64,000 nt of DNA from Squalus acanthias (GCA_030390025.1 CM059432.1:37140001-37204000); one strand, 5' to 3'. Shown: positions 25,201 through 38,402, counted from the stretch's first letter. Made by a program: numbers and translations. Notes: generated by a model from the sequence alone, not told the origin.

Positions 25201-26356
25201 AGAAGGGAGGATGGGAAAAATTTGGAGGTGGGGGTGGCAAATTTAAAACAAAGACTTGCACGTATATAGCGCCTTTCACGACCATCGGACGTCCCAAAGC
25301 GCTTTACAACCAATGAAGAACTTTTTGAAGTGCAGTGTTTTTAGTGATTGAGGGATAAATATTGGCTAGGTCACCAGGGATAACTCCCTGCTCATCTAGA
25401 TTGTGTCCACTGTAGGATATTGTACTGTTAAGTTATTTCAATAGTCCAGTTTTAATGTCTGTTAGTGTACTCCTGTAATCTTGCACCTTTTTGGACTTGT
25501 ACAGCCTTGGGACAGCCAACCTGCGCTGTTGATTTTAAAGTTCTAGTTACTGCACGGAACGGTGCTTTTTTTTTTGAATGGCACGATTTCAGCTGCTTTT
25601 TCCTTCACAGTGGTGACTATAACCTCAAAGAAGTATTGAGCAGTGGGCTTGCTCCATTCAAAGTGGTGTAAGCGGTTGAAGAAGCTTTGTTATGGTAGAG
25701 TTAGGCAGATAATGAGATTGTGAAGTGGGGCTCTGTTTCAGAGGCCATTTTTCTTCTTGAATAGGTGCTTTTCATTTTGTTCCAATAGCCGTGCTGAATA
25801 ATGCATATGTTCACTGAAGAAATTCTCCCGAGATTGATTGATTGGCTGTTTTTAGTTAGTTATGTTCGGCCAAACGCAGTTTGAATGAAAGAGTGGGGGG
25901 TACTGCCTTGGGACCAAACTGCATTCGTTGTGGCCGCATTAGCTGCAGGCAATGGTGAATGAAATCTGCCAATTTGTTGTCCAGTTACTTTTGTGCATCT
26001 GGTTTGGCTAATGGGTACCTCGGTTATTCTGTAGTGTTTTTACATCATTGTTAGGGCTCCGATTAAAATGATAGTTGGATGCTGTTGGAAAAGTTTTTTG
26101 TGAAGTGTGCTGCCAATTCCAGCAAAGTCCCATAGAAGAGGAGAGTTTTGTGCTACTGTTGGCAGATCTGGGACGCTACCAGAAGCATGAAGGTTTTATT
26201 ATTTGTACTGGAGACTCCCCAGAACTGACATGGGGGTCTGCAGCTGGCAAACTGCTATGGTCAATCTGCTTTTGAAGTGAATGTTTGTGAAATTGTAATT
26301 TTGAGCTGCCTCCCTGCTCCCACCCCACACAACAAAGTCACCCTGAAACCCAGCAG

Positions 26357-26527
26357 CCATGTTCCCTGTAAGCTGCGCTTTGTTCTGCGCGACCTGTTTC
26401 TTTTAATGCACTGTCTCTTTAAATTTCTGCGCATGCACGTTATTTACAATATAAAAGCTGGTGAGCAGCCTGCATGGGACCCTTCCCATTACTGTATTGC
26501 AGGCTGTGCAGATTAAAGGGAACATTG
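26357..26527. mobile_element. hAT-type MITE (171 bp)
   Basis: Termini CCATGTTCCC...GGGAACATTG; perfect 8-bp TSD CCCAGCAG (26349-26356 and 26528-26535). Confidence 0.8.
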
Positions 26528-27499
26528 CCCAGCAGTAGTTCCTTGTATACCCAAGTCTTATTTGGACTTCCATAACCTGATGGTAGCAAACTGATTTGAG
26601 TGAGAGCGAGTTGCTAACTGTGGCCCTTGGCCCTTTATTTAGGTTTATCAGTTTTTAAAATTTGCTGGTGCTATGTGGGCACAACTAAGCTGGACAGCAT
26701 TCAAAAAATGCATATTATTGGTGTTTAGGATTCTTCCCAATCAGATCCAGCAAGGTAGTTCCCTCATTGATAGCTGGTCCTGCCTTCGCAAGTGATGTAT
26801 TGATGAGTTCTTCTGTTGAACTCCAGCAGTACCCCTGTGTACACTCCAGGGGTGGGGGAATCCCTTAATCCTTGACGACTGCTAACCTGTGCTTGAGCTC
26901 TCTGGGATTAAGTTAGTGGGGTGTGTCTCTTTGGGAAGACTGCAATCCCAATCTTGAATGTGAGGACTGGTAAACAGAAACTCCACCTGTGTGAATTTCC
27001 TAGTACCTCTGTTGGAATCTTTGGAGCACAGTGATGGATTTCTGTGAACCAGTTAACCAGATAAAAGGATGAAATGATTGTTTCCCTTGATTGGCAAATC
27101 GGTAGCAGAGACTGTGGATTATCACTAGAGTCTTACCAACTTCCAAAAACTCAGTGTCTCCCAACACACTGAATTCAGAATCAGGGCATTACTGGACCAT
27201 ACCATCACAACCTTCTCCAGCCCGCCATCCCATTGCATGCCTTATGGTCCTCTGACTGGCTTCCTGTGGATTCCCTTCCCATCACTCCTGAATTTGGCAG
27301 AAGAGCTTTCAACTGTCAGTCCAAATGTTTGAAAGTCACTTCTGAGGCCTGTCTGCCATGCCTTTAAAAACCTCCTTAAAACAGCTCTTCGACTGAGCAT
27401 TTGTCATCTCTTCTCTTTTTCAGTCCAAACCCTTTTGTTTGATGTCTGAAGTCAGGAGGTAAGATGGATTGTGTTTGACAAACCTGATAGTTCTTTGAT

Positions 27500-29530
27500 G
27501 AGGGAACAGATATGGGGAAAATGTAGTGGAGATTTTCTAGACTGGTACCAGGGTAGTTATGTGGAGAGACTGGAGAAGCTGGGGTTATTCTCCTTAGAGC
27601 AGAAAAGATTAAGGAGACTTGATCGAGGTGTTCAAAATCATGACTGGTTTTGATATACTGAATAAGGAGAAACTGTTTCCAGTGGCAGAAGGGTTGGTAA
27701 CCAGAGGACACAGATTTAAGGTGATCGGCAAAAGAGCCAGAGCCGACATGAGGAAACTTTTTTTTTAAATAGTTGCTGTGATCTGGAATGCAGATTTAAT
27801 AACATTCAAAAGAGAATTGGATAAATACTTGAAGGGAGAACATTTACAGGGCTATGGGGAAAGAGCAGTGAAGTGGGATTAATTGGATAGCTTTACCAAA
27901 GAGCCAGCACAGGCACGATGGGCCGAATGGCGGCCTCCTGTGCTATATCATTCTATGATTCTATAAAGTGTACATGGACTATCAGAAAGCCTTAGACAAG
28001 TTACCGCACAGGAGACTATTGGAGAAGATTGGTGGGTATGGAATTAGAGGAAGTCGCAAATTGCATTAAAAACTGGTTAGAAGGGACGAAGGAGAGTAGA
28101 AGTTCACGTAAATGTCTATGAAACCTTGGTAAGACCATATTTGGAGTACTGTGTGCAGTTTTGGGCTCCATTTGACAGATGGGAGGTTCAGGCAATATCG
28201 AGAATAGAGCAGAGATTCACGAAGATGCTGCCTGATACGAGGAAATCTGAAGACAACGGAAGATTTGGAAAATTGGAACTTTTTTTGGGAGGAGATTGAG
28301 TTGATTTGAGAGGTGTTTAAAATTATGAGGGGGATGAACTTCATAAATTCATAAATAGACTGCTTTCAGTGATTGAGGTATGTAGAACAAGTGGTCATAT
28401 CTAAGACTAAATGTAAGAGATTTAGGTCAGAGAGCAGGCAAAGCTCTCTTGGAGGGTTGTGTGACTCTGGCGGTACATTCCAGTCTGTGATTGGAGCTGA
28501 GACCATGTCAACATTTAATAATAGGTTGGATAGATGATTGTTACCTCTGGTGTCCCCAAGAATCTATCCTTTAACCCTCCTATTTCTCACATGCATGCTG
28601 CCCCTCAGTGACATCATCTGATGAGACAGTGAGAGTTTTCACATGTACACTAATGATACCCAGCTCAACCTGTCTTCCACCTCTCTCGAACCCTCCACTG
28701 TCTGTATCCTGCAAGATTGTTTGTCTCACATCCAGCACTGGATGAGCAAAAATTTCCTCCAATTAAATATTGGGTAGACTGAAGCCATTGTATTCGGTCG
28801 ATGCCACAAATTCCATCCTTCTCCCTGGCAACAGTCTGAGGCTGACCCAGTCTGTTCACAACCTTGGTGTTATATTTCATCATGAGTTGAGCTTCCTATC
28901 TCCTATGTGCCATCACTAAGACCGCCCGACTCCACCTCTGCCTCAGCTCATCTGCTGCTGAAACCCTCATCCATGCCTTTGTTACCTCTAGACTTGACTA
29001 TACCAATGCACTCCTGGCCAGCCGCCCACATTCCACCGTCCGTAAACTTGTGGTCATCCAAAACCCTGCTGCCCATGTCCTAACTCGCACCAAGTCCCAC
29101 TCATCCTGTGCTTGCTGACCTACATTGGCTCGCAGCTAAGCCATGCATCGATTTCAAAATTCTCATCCGCATTTTCAAATCCCTCCAGGGCCTCGCCCCT
29201 CCCTATCTCTGCAATCTCCTCCAGCTCTCCAGTTCCCTGAGATCTCTGGCCTCTTGAACATCCCCGATTTCAATCGCTCCACCATTGGCGGCCGTGCTTT
29301 CAGTTGCCTCGGTCCCAAGCTCTGGAATTCCCTCCCTAAACCTCTCTGCCTCTCCACCCCTCTTTCCTCCTTTAAGACGCTCCTTCAAACCTACCTCTGT
29401 GACCAAGCTTTTTGTCATCTGCCCTAACATCTTACATGGCTGGGCATCAAATTTTGTTTTTGATCACGCTCCCGGGAAGCACCTTGGAACATTTTATTAT
29501 GTTAAAGGCGCTACCTAAATGAAAGTTGTT
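27500..29530 (+). mobile_element. Cluster of CR1 3' fragments (27500-28540) and an L2 fragment (28540-29530)
   Basis: SYVERLEKLGLFSLEQKRLR; gtaagaccatatttggagtactgtgtgcagttttgg; L2 motifs gaaaccctcatccatgcctttgttacctctaga and GGRAFSCLGPKLWNSLP. Confidence 0.85.
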
Positions 29531-30268
29531 GAAGGAAAGGGAAAGACAGGGATGTGAGAACAGGGCAGGAAAATGGGATGAGGACTACTTCTATGGAGGG
29601 TAAACACCAACACGGACTGGTTGGGGGCAGCATCCTATTTCCATGTTGTAAATTCTGTGAAGAACTTCATGACATCAGTTCAGAGTGTGATTTTTGCCAT
29701 TTTGTACCAGTGTGTCCTTATCCTGTCATGGTTTAACTTTTATATAGTGATTGCTTCAGAGGTTGTAGGGAATCTGGATAAAACTACAATAAGGAAAATT
29801 AAACCTGCTACAAACTCCTGCAGTGTACCCGCAGGTCACGATTCGCCTTGTGAAAAGGTTAGGGTGTGAGGGGTAATCAGTGCACAGCAGTCAGGAATGG
29901 GATCGTTTATTTTGGTATGTGGCAAGTGAATTTCTCACAGCACAGTGTCACTTTTATCTTTTTCTGTGCAAGTGTCGGTGCCTGCCATCTGTCTGATTAC
30001 AAATGAGACACCTTTGCACCAGCACTGTGCTTCTGTGAGAAAACTGGCGAGGCTTTAATTTTTTTAAGCATGTGTTCAGAAAACAGAAGTAGTTCTATGG
30101 TATGTGTTGTATGGAAGATGAAGCATTGGTTTTGAAAGCCAAACTGGTTTATTCAGCTTTCAAAAGGACAAAAGTATGCGTATAAAGCCAAGGTTAAATT
30201 TGTGCCTTATTGAGCTATATTTAGATTACCACATCTTTCCGAATTTGCTTTGTTTTTTGGTCCCACAG

Positions 30269-30435
30269 TTGTAGCAGATGAAAAAGACAAAGAGGAGAAC
30301 AAGGAGAACATCGACGTCAATGGCAAAGACAAAGAATTGGACGTTGGGAAGAAGAAGCTAGAACATCACATTGGTGAAGGGAACATCGTCACTGCTGCCG
30401 CAGCAGCTCTGGCCTCCGCTGCTACTAAGGCAAAG
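30269..30435 (+). CDS. SMARCC1: SMARCC1 coding exon ending in TAAAAALASAATKAK
   Basis: tgttttttggtcccacAG acceptor, AAG|GTAACG donor; phase 1 to 0. Encodes ...GKKKLEHHIGEGNIVTAAAAALASAATKAK, the conserved lead-in to the SMARCC C-terminal coiled coil. Confidence 0.93.
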
Positions 30436-30489
30436 GTAACGTTTATATTCAGCTGTCAAGTTTTTATGTGAGCAGAAGTCTAATAGAAA

Positions 30490-30900
30490 GGACTTGCATT
30501 TATGTTGCGCCTTTCCCGACCTCAGGACATTCCAAAGTGCTTCCCAGCCGATGTACTTTGTAAGTGCAGTCTCTGTGTAATGTAGGAAAATGTGGCAGCC
30601 AGTTAACACACAGCAAGGTTCCACAAACAGCAATGAGATAAATGGCTAGTGATGTCAAATGAGAATCACGGACAACTCCCCTGCTGCGCTTCAAATAATG
30701 CCATGGGATCTTTTATGCCCACCTTGGAGTGCAAACAGGTCCTCAGTTTAACATCTCACCCAAAAAAAAGTGACCACCGACAGACAGTACAGCACTGCTC
30801 AGTACTGCTCTGAAGTGACAGCCTAGATTATGTGCTCAAGTTTCTGGAGCAGAGTGTGAACCTACAGCCTTTTGACCAAGGTGAGAGGGGTAACACTGAG
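30490..30900 (-). mobile_element. DeuSINE/SacSINE1-like SINE just downstream of the 30435 donor
   Basis: gacttgcattta..cgcctttc, gcagcc...cacagcaaggttccacaaacagcaatg and cagcactgctcagtactgc; homologous to 37968-38402. Confidence 0.7.
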
Positions 30901-31399
30901 TCATGGCCTTATGCCAGAAGTCAAGTAATGGCTTCTGTTCAAAGGTTGTCTGTTCTTGCATAAAACATTTGCCTTTGTGACTAACGTGCGGAGTGTTTTG
31001 GGCCCTCATTAAAACAATACTTTCACATCCCTTTTTACTCTTCATCCTCTTCTCCTTATCACTTGTGAAAAAGGAGTGATTCTGGAGTATGGGCATCCCT
31101 TTGGTATCTCTTCCTTCACCGTGGACCTGGACAGTAACTATCAGCAGTAAATAGATAGGCTTCGAGGGCAATGTGTTCACAGCTAGATCCTCAATTGACA
31201 TCAACGGATGTGCACTTTCCAGTCGTGGATGCAAGATGGTGATCAGGAGTGGGAACATCTGCCTGGTTTCCCCCCTCTTCTCCACCCCCCCCCCCCCCCC
31301 CCAATTACCACACCATGTGTATATTTGCCCTCCAAGGCATTGGTGTTTATCCATCAATTTATAATATTGCAAGTTGCTAATGAGATTATTTGTTTATAC

Positions 31400-32908
31400 C
31401 AGGGGTTCTCAACTGGGGTTCGTGACAAGATTTCGGAGTGTTTGCCAGTTGTTTTGTCCCATCAATAAACAGGGGAGACTGTTTATGGGATAAACATCAG
31501 TAGTCTCCCCTATATATTGAGATGAGTGGAACAGTCTCAGCTATACATAGACTGCATGTGCAGTCAATTCAGGTTCTTACTGTTGGATGTCATTTGATCG
31601 CTTAGACAAGTCGTCTTGTGTGTCACTGACTTTTACAACAGTATTTATCTCATTTTGAATTTTTATCCGGTCATAATCGCTTCCACGTTGATCAACCACT
31701 CGCCGCTTTTAACTATTAAATAAAATAGTGGAAGTTATAACTTGTCTTCCCGGGAATTAAACCTGATTTGGGGGTGGGGACATGCACAAGTTAGTCTGGC
31801 GTCGTGTGGGCTAAGGTAGTGTGAGCCTTCCTTTCAACCCTGTTCTTTCCCCTCGTGCGGAGCCGCCCTCTGTCAGTTGGAAGCTGCTCGAGCGTTTTCA
31901 AAAAATCAGTTAATGGCTAGTGGCCTTGGAGGGGGGCGGGCGAAAGGGAAGAAAGAGATTTTCCATTCTCTGGGCCTACAGCAAGGCCATAATAATCGGG
32001 ATCCGGTATGACTCACTCTCCTTCAATGTCTTCAGTCTGAGTTAATAAAATAGCTGAACGCGTTATCAAGATTTACCTCGTACCTCAGACTCTCAGCTTT
32101 ATATTCATGACCATGTGCTTCTCTGACAGACAGATAGGCTTAATCTGGGTGCTCGTGACCTTTGAACTACCGCTGCCTAGTTGTGAAAGGGTGGGGAGGA
32201 GAATGAGTGGGGCTGCCTTTGTCACTAAAGGATTTATGGCGATGAGGTTGGGTGGGTTAAGTCACTCGGCCCTCTTTATTTCTCCATTTCTTGTGCCATC
32301 TGCCTCCGCCGTTACTGGTGCTGCTAATTCAGGTCGCTGGCTTTCACCACTGTGTTGGGGTTTGGTATGGAAGTAAGAGGGAAGTACTGTTTCCGAAGTA
32401 GAGGACGTGGACCTGGAAGTTTCGTCCAGTCCGACCGAGTGAGCACCAAACGAGCCTGTGGTGAGCACTGCGCTTGTTCCTGGTTTATTTCCCGTTGAGC
32501 AAATAGTTGATGGGGTGGAGCAGATCTTGGGCAGCAAATGGGCACATAATGTAAAGATTAAAACAGAAAATGCTGGAAATACTCAGCAGGTCAGGCAGCA
32601 ACTGTGGAGAGAGAAACAGAGTTAACGTTTCAGCTCAATGACCTTTTGTCACAATTGAAATGTTAACTAACTTTCTTCCACCTGCTGAGTATTTTCAGCA
32701 TTTTCTGTTTATTTCAGATTTCCAGCATTGAATATTTTGCTTATGTAAATTTAGGACTTGATAAATTCTTTACGTAAGGTTTAATAGAGCTATTAATAAC
32801 AAATCTAACTTTTATACAGAAAAAATACTTGTTGTGTTACAGGGGGTCCATGGAATTTTTATAATACGGGATGGGAGTCCTCGGAAGCAAAAACGTTGAG
32901 AACCCCTG
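31400..32908. mobile_element. Non-autonomous hAT (Charlie-like) DNA transposon, 1.5 kb
   Basis: Perfect 14-bp TIR CAGGGGTTCTCAAC / GTTGAGAACCCCTG and perfect 8-bp TSD GTTTATAC (31392-31399 and 32909-32916); no transposase ORF; a PLE fragment is nested at ~32555-32742. Confidence 0.9.
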
Positions 32909-33869
32909 GTTTATACAATGTCACTATAAGCACCTATCCCATCTTCCTCTCTGGTCAGTGGGTCGCACAGCTGGAAGCAAGATTTGTGCAGGTGAAAGCT
33001 GTACAGGGCCTATAATGGGGGAATTGTACATTACATTTCTTTGGCATCTTCTCTTGACCGTTCTGGTCAAGGTTCTGATTGCTTGCTGTCTTTTCTCAGC
33101 ATATCTCTTGACCGTTCCAGCCTCTTCTGTAGTTAGGAACTTGCTGTTAACAAGAGGTTATTACTAGGATTCTACCACTGTTAATCTGTCTTGCAGGTTG
33201 ACGTTTGTTAGAATTAATTTTTTTTTAAAAGAGTTGCTTATGTGAACAAGCCCAAGCAGTTACAAGTCTATGTTGTCTCATGGTAATCTTAATATAATTT
33301 ACACTAAAGCAGCGTTACATAGGATATAATGTGCTTCATGCACTTGAAGACTATGCAGAATGTAGACGTTGGGAATGCTGCTTTCATCCTTGAGTGAGTA
33401 GAGCAGTTGAATACTTCACTGACTACGCCTCGTGCCAATGTGCTTTTCACTCTGCTACTTTCTCGTATTTTCAGGCCTGCTAGACGTAGTAGGACCTTAA
33501 GAGCATACAAGATAAATAAGAAGTAAACAGAAATGTTTCTATAAATGAAAGGCATTTAATACTCAACTAAACAGAGTTCAGTACAAGGAACAACTAAAGA
33601 AAACGAAGGCTACTATTAGATCAGCAAAAAGGCTAATGGAAAAAAGGATTGTAGACAACAGTGGAAGCAATGGGAAAAGCTTTTTCAGTTATGTGAAGAG
33701 TCAGAGACTATATTAGGCCATTTGAAGGGTGTTCAAAGACAGGTTACAAAGGACTCGCTGGGTATGGCAAATATTAAATGAGTACTTTGCATCGGTCTTC
33801 ACCCTTGAAGATGATGATCAACTATTAGAATTTAATAATAAAACTAGTATTAACACAGCTGAAGATACT

Positions 33870-36225
33870 GGGCCAGAAATTCGGCTCTCCGGCTTCCCAC
33901 GGGTGCAAGGATCGCGCGCGTACTTACCTACCGCGCCTGCCGTTGTGCTTTGGGCCCACGTGGACTTAGGCTCCTGGGCCTCCTGCAGCTGCTGGCACGC
34001 AGTGCTTGCGTATCCCAGGGGCGCAGTTAGTTCGAAGCGTCCCCTGGGGTCACGTGGGCCAGGAAGACCTGTCAAATCTATGAATAGAGATCACCCCCCA
34101 AAACCTAAAACTTCAAATAATTTTTTTTTAAAAAATCACATTTTTAAAATAACTATAAATTGCATTACTTTAAACAAATTTAAATTTTTGAAAAAATTAA
34201 TTATACTTTTTAACGGTGCTAAAAATAAACTTGCCTTTCTTTAAAGTATGTAAAAAAGATAAACCTGTTGAAAAAATGTTTAAATTGTATTTAATTCACC
34301 ACTTACCTTGTTAAAAGCAGGCCTTGCGCCGCCTTTTTTCCTGCGCAGCTTCTCTGTACTTACCCTCACGGAGAAACCTGAAAAAAAAAACGAAGTTCGC
34401 TGCGTACGCGCTGCCTCTCCGGCGCACACGGTTGACCCTCGAGCCCCTTCTTTCACGAGACCGGAAGTTCCGGTTTCCTGTGCATGCGCGAAACCAGCTC
34501 TTCCGGTGGCCCTACGGGTGGTAGAGAGAAAGCGGGGAATTACAGACCGGTAAGCCTGACATCGGTAGTGGGGAAAATGCTAGAGTCCATTATAAAGGAT
34601 GTAATAGCTGAGCATTTGAAAAACAGTGACAGGATCGGACAAAGCCAACATGGTTTTACAAAAGGTAAATCGTGCTTGACTAATCTACTGGAATTTTTTG
34701 AGGATGTAACTGGGAAAATAGATAAGGGAGAACCAGTAGATGTGGTGTATTTGGACTTTCAAAAGGCTTTCGATAAGGTCCCGCATAAGAGATTAGCGGG
34801 TAAAGTTAAGGCACATGGGATTGGGGGCAAGGTATTGACTTGGATAGAGAACTGGTTGGCGGACAGAAAGCAGAGAGTAGGAATGAATGGGTCTTTTTCC
34901 GAGTGGCAAGCAGTGACTAGTGGGGTACCGCAGGGATCGGTCCTTGGGCCCCAGCTATTCACAATATACATTAATGATCTAGATAAGGGAATTAAATGTA
35001 ATATCTCCAAGTTTGCAGATGACACAAAGCTGGGTGGGAGTGTGTGCAGCGAGGAGGATAGCGAGAAACTCCAGGATGATCTGGACAGGTTGGGTGAGTG
35101 GGCAGAAGCGTGGCAGATGCAATATAACGTGGATAAGTGCGAGGTTATCCACTTTGGTGTCAAAAACAGAAAGGCAGACAATTATCTGAATGGCAATAGA
35201 TTGGGAGAAGGGGAAGTGCAACGAGACCTGGGTGTCCTTGTGCACCAGTCGCTGAAAGTAAGCATGCAGGTGCAGCAGGCGGTGAAGAAGGCAAATGGTA
35301 TGTTGGCCTTCATAGCGAAAGGGTTTGAGTATAGGAACAGGGATGTCCTGCAGTTGTACAGGGCCTTGGTGAGACCACACCTTGAGTACTGTGTGCAGTT
35401 TTGGTCGCCTTATCTGAGGAAGGATGTTCTTGCCATGGAAGGAGTTCAGAGAAGATTCACAAGGCTGATACCTGGGATGGCAGGAATGACATATGAGGAG
35501 TGATTGGGTCGATTGGTATAGAAGAATGAGAGGGGATCTCATCGAAACATATAAAATTCTGACAGGTCTGGACAAACTAGATGCAGGAAGAATGTTCCCG
35601 ATGGTCGGAGAGTCCAGAACCAGGGGTCATAATCTACGGATAACGGGTAAACCATTTAGGACAGAAATGAGGAAGAATTTTTTCACCCAGAGAGTGGTGA
35701 ACCTGTGGAATTCTCTACCACAGAAGGTAGTTGAGGCGAAGTCATTAAATATATTCAAGGATGAGTTAGAAATATTTCTTAAAGCTAAAGGTATCAAGGG
35801 ATATGGGGAGAAGGCAGGTACAGGGTACTGGGTTTAGATCATCAGCCATGATCTCATCGAATGGCGGAGCAGGCTCGAGGGGCCGAATGGCCTACTCCTG
35901 CTCCTATCTTCTATGTGTCTATCTATGTCCCCTGGGATCACGTGGGCCATGGAGAGCCAATGGCAGCAGACCATCTTTCATTCATAGATTTGACAGGAAG
36001 ACCTGTCAAATCTATGAATACAGATTGGCCCCAAAACATCCCTAAAACTACAAATAAATTAAAAAAAAAAATCACATTTTTAAAATAACTATAAATTACA
36101 TTAACTATTTTAAACAAATTTAAATTTTTGAAAAAATTAATTACACTTTTTAACGGGGCTAAAACTAAACTTACCTTTAAAGTAATTAAAAAAGATAAAT
36201 CTGTGGAGACCCGAATTTCTGCCCC
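33870..36225. mobile_element. TIR element (PIF/Harbinger-like, non-autonomous) hosting a CR1 insertion
   Basis: 21-bp TIR with 2 mismatches, GGGCCAGAAATTCGGCTCTCC vs rc GGGGCAGAAATTCGGGTCTCC; 3-bp flanks ACT/ATT. Superfamily assignment is inference. Confidence 0.6.
34520..35928 (+). mobile_element. CR1 LINE, 5'-truncated, relatively well preserved
   Basis: ORF of more than 300 aa NYRPVSLTSVVGK...FADDTKL...RPHLEYCVQFWSP plus 3' tail; very similar to 12050-13430. Confidence 0.95.
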
Positions 36226-37230
36226 ATTGTGTTGGGAGATTGGGCTCAGGACTGGAAAATAATGTATAACTTAGATAAGTGCAGTGTTATGCATGTGGGC
36301 GGGGCAAATGCTCAACATTCATACACCCTTCAGGGAAAGGCATTGAAGATGGTGGAGATAGAAAGAGATTTGGGCATTCTCGTACATATATCCTTAAAGG
36401 TACATGAGCAATGCTGTGTCGTGATAGCTAGAGCATATAGGGTGTTGGGGTGTATCCATCGGACAATTGAGTATAAGACGAGGCATACTGTTTTGTCCTT
36501 GTACAAGACCTTAGTCGGCTGCACTTGGAATACTGTGTCCAGTTTTGGTCTCCTCACATGGTGAGCTATTGAGCCTTTGGAGGGTGCAGAGGAGGGCCAG
36601 TAGACGAATTCCCAGTTTAAAGCATCTTGGTTATCATCGGCTAAAAGAGTTGGGACTCTACGCTTTAGAGAAGCGTAGACTTGATGAGGATCTGATTGAG
36701 GTTTATAAGATAATTAAGGGAATAGATTGTGTTCCAGCTGACGGTTTATTTCAATTAAATAGGTTAGGCAGGACCAATGGTCACAAATTTAAGTTGTATA
36801 ACGCTAGATCTAGTTTGTCAGGAGGTGGTTCTTTTCCCAGAGAATAGTGGACTTCTGGAACAGGCCGCCGTCTTGTGCGGTGGACGCAGACTCACTGAAT
36901 TACTTCAAGCGAGAGCTGGATTTGTTTGTGGCTGGGGTGGAGATCACCTCTTACAGAAGGTAGATACTGCAGGGAATTCAAGGTCAGAGTGATGATCTGG
37001 ACTAGTTTCGATCGCCTAGATGGGTCGGAGAGGAATGTCCCAGATTTTTCCCCCCCAAATTGGCGTGGGTTGTTTATTTGTTCTTTTGCTTCTCCCAGGA
37101 GATCACATGGCTTTGGGTGGGGTGGAGTGTATATGTTGTGATACACAAGGTATTGCAATTGTGTGGGACAGGCTTGATGGACCAGAGGGTCTTTTAAAGA
37201 CCTGTCGGTCATTGTTCGTATTAACATGTT
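36226..37230 (+). mobile_element. CR1-group LINE 3' fragment (upstream remnant probably 33540-33866)
   Basis: LGDWAQDWKIMYNLDKCSVMHVG, ERDLGILV, LGLYALEKRRL.EDLIEVYKII; upstream remnant has ILNEYFASVFT. Confidence 0.8.
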
Positions 37231-37967
37231 GCACATTTTAGTATGGTGGATCGTATGCAGTTTAACCAAGTGACGATGCTATGTGGCAGATAGTTGCAAA
37301 AACACACAAGACACTTCCAACTTGTATCCTTCCTCAAAGTAAGGTGCTTTTAATTCATCAGCTTGCTGTGCGTGCATGGTTTGAAAACTTAACTCATCAT
37401 TCAGGTCTCTGCTCAATTACGTGACTGATTTTAATTCAGATTGTTGCAGCATTTTGTCGATATTTACATAGATTGGAGAGGGGGAAGAAGCTTGTGCTGT
37501 GTTTGATCTAAGCTAGTCACCGTTTCATATTGAAGTGCATTAATTCAACTTCATGCTGTGTATGGTGCAGTGTGTTAAGTGGAAGCCACTTGTGCGTTCA
37601 GTGAAGTCCAATAATTATTTCAAGCTCTTGGTGTGTGATGGATTATATAGGATATACGGCAGAGGAACAGGCCATTCGGCCCAACCAGTCCATGCTGGCG
37701 TTTATGCTCCACTCGAGCCTCCTCTCTTTCCTCATCTAAATCTATCAGCATAACCCTCTATTCCCTTCTCCCTCATATGCTTGTCAAGCCTCCCCTTGAA
37801 TGCAGCTATACTTTTCGCTTCAACCACTCCCTGTGGGGTAGTGAGTTCCACATTCTCACCACTCAGGGGAAAGAAGTTTCTTCTGAATTCCCTATTAGAT
37901 TTCTTGGTGACTATTTTATATTGATAGCCTCTAGTTATGCTCTTCCCCACAAATTAAAAAAAAAAGG

Positions 37968-38402
37968 AAGACTTGAATTTATATCGCGCCTTTCACGACC
38001 ACCGGACGTCTCAAAGTGCTTTACAGCCAATGAAGTACTTTTGGCGTGTAGTCACTTGTAATGTAGGAAATGCGGCAGCCATTTACACACAGCAAGATCC
38101 CACAAACAGCAATGTGATTATGACCAGATAATCTGTTCTGTTATGTTCATTGAGGGATAAATATTGGCCAGGATACCAGGGATAACTCCACTGCTCTTCG
38201 AAATAGTGATCTTTTGCGTCCACCTGAGCAGACGGGGCCTCGGTTTAATGTCTCATCCGAAAGACGGCACAGCCGACAGTGCAACACTCCCTCAGCACTG
38301 CACTGGAGTGTTGGCCTAGATTTATGTGCTCAAGCCCCTGGAGTGGGACTTGAACCCACAACCTTCTGACTCCGAGGCAAGTATGCTACCCACTGAGCCA
38401 CA
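37968..38402 (-). mobile_element. Near full-length DeuSINE/SacSINE1-like tRNA-derived SINE
   Basis: Minus strand starts TGGCTCAGTGGGTAGC (A box) ... GGGTTCAAGTCCC (B box); central block gcagccatttacacacagcaagatcccacaaacagcaatg resembles the Deu domain. Further decayed copies near 8480-8760, 15255, 25255, 45040-45300 and 46580-46900. Confidence 0.75.
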
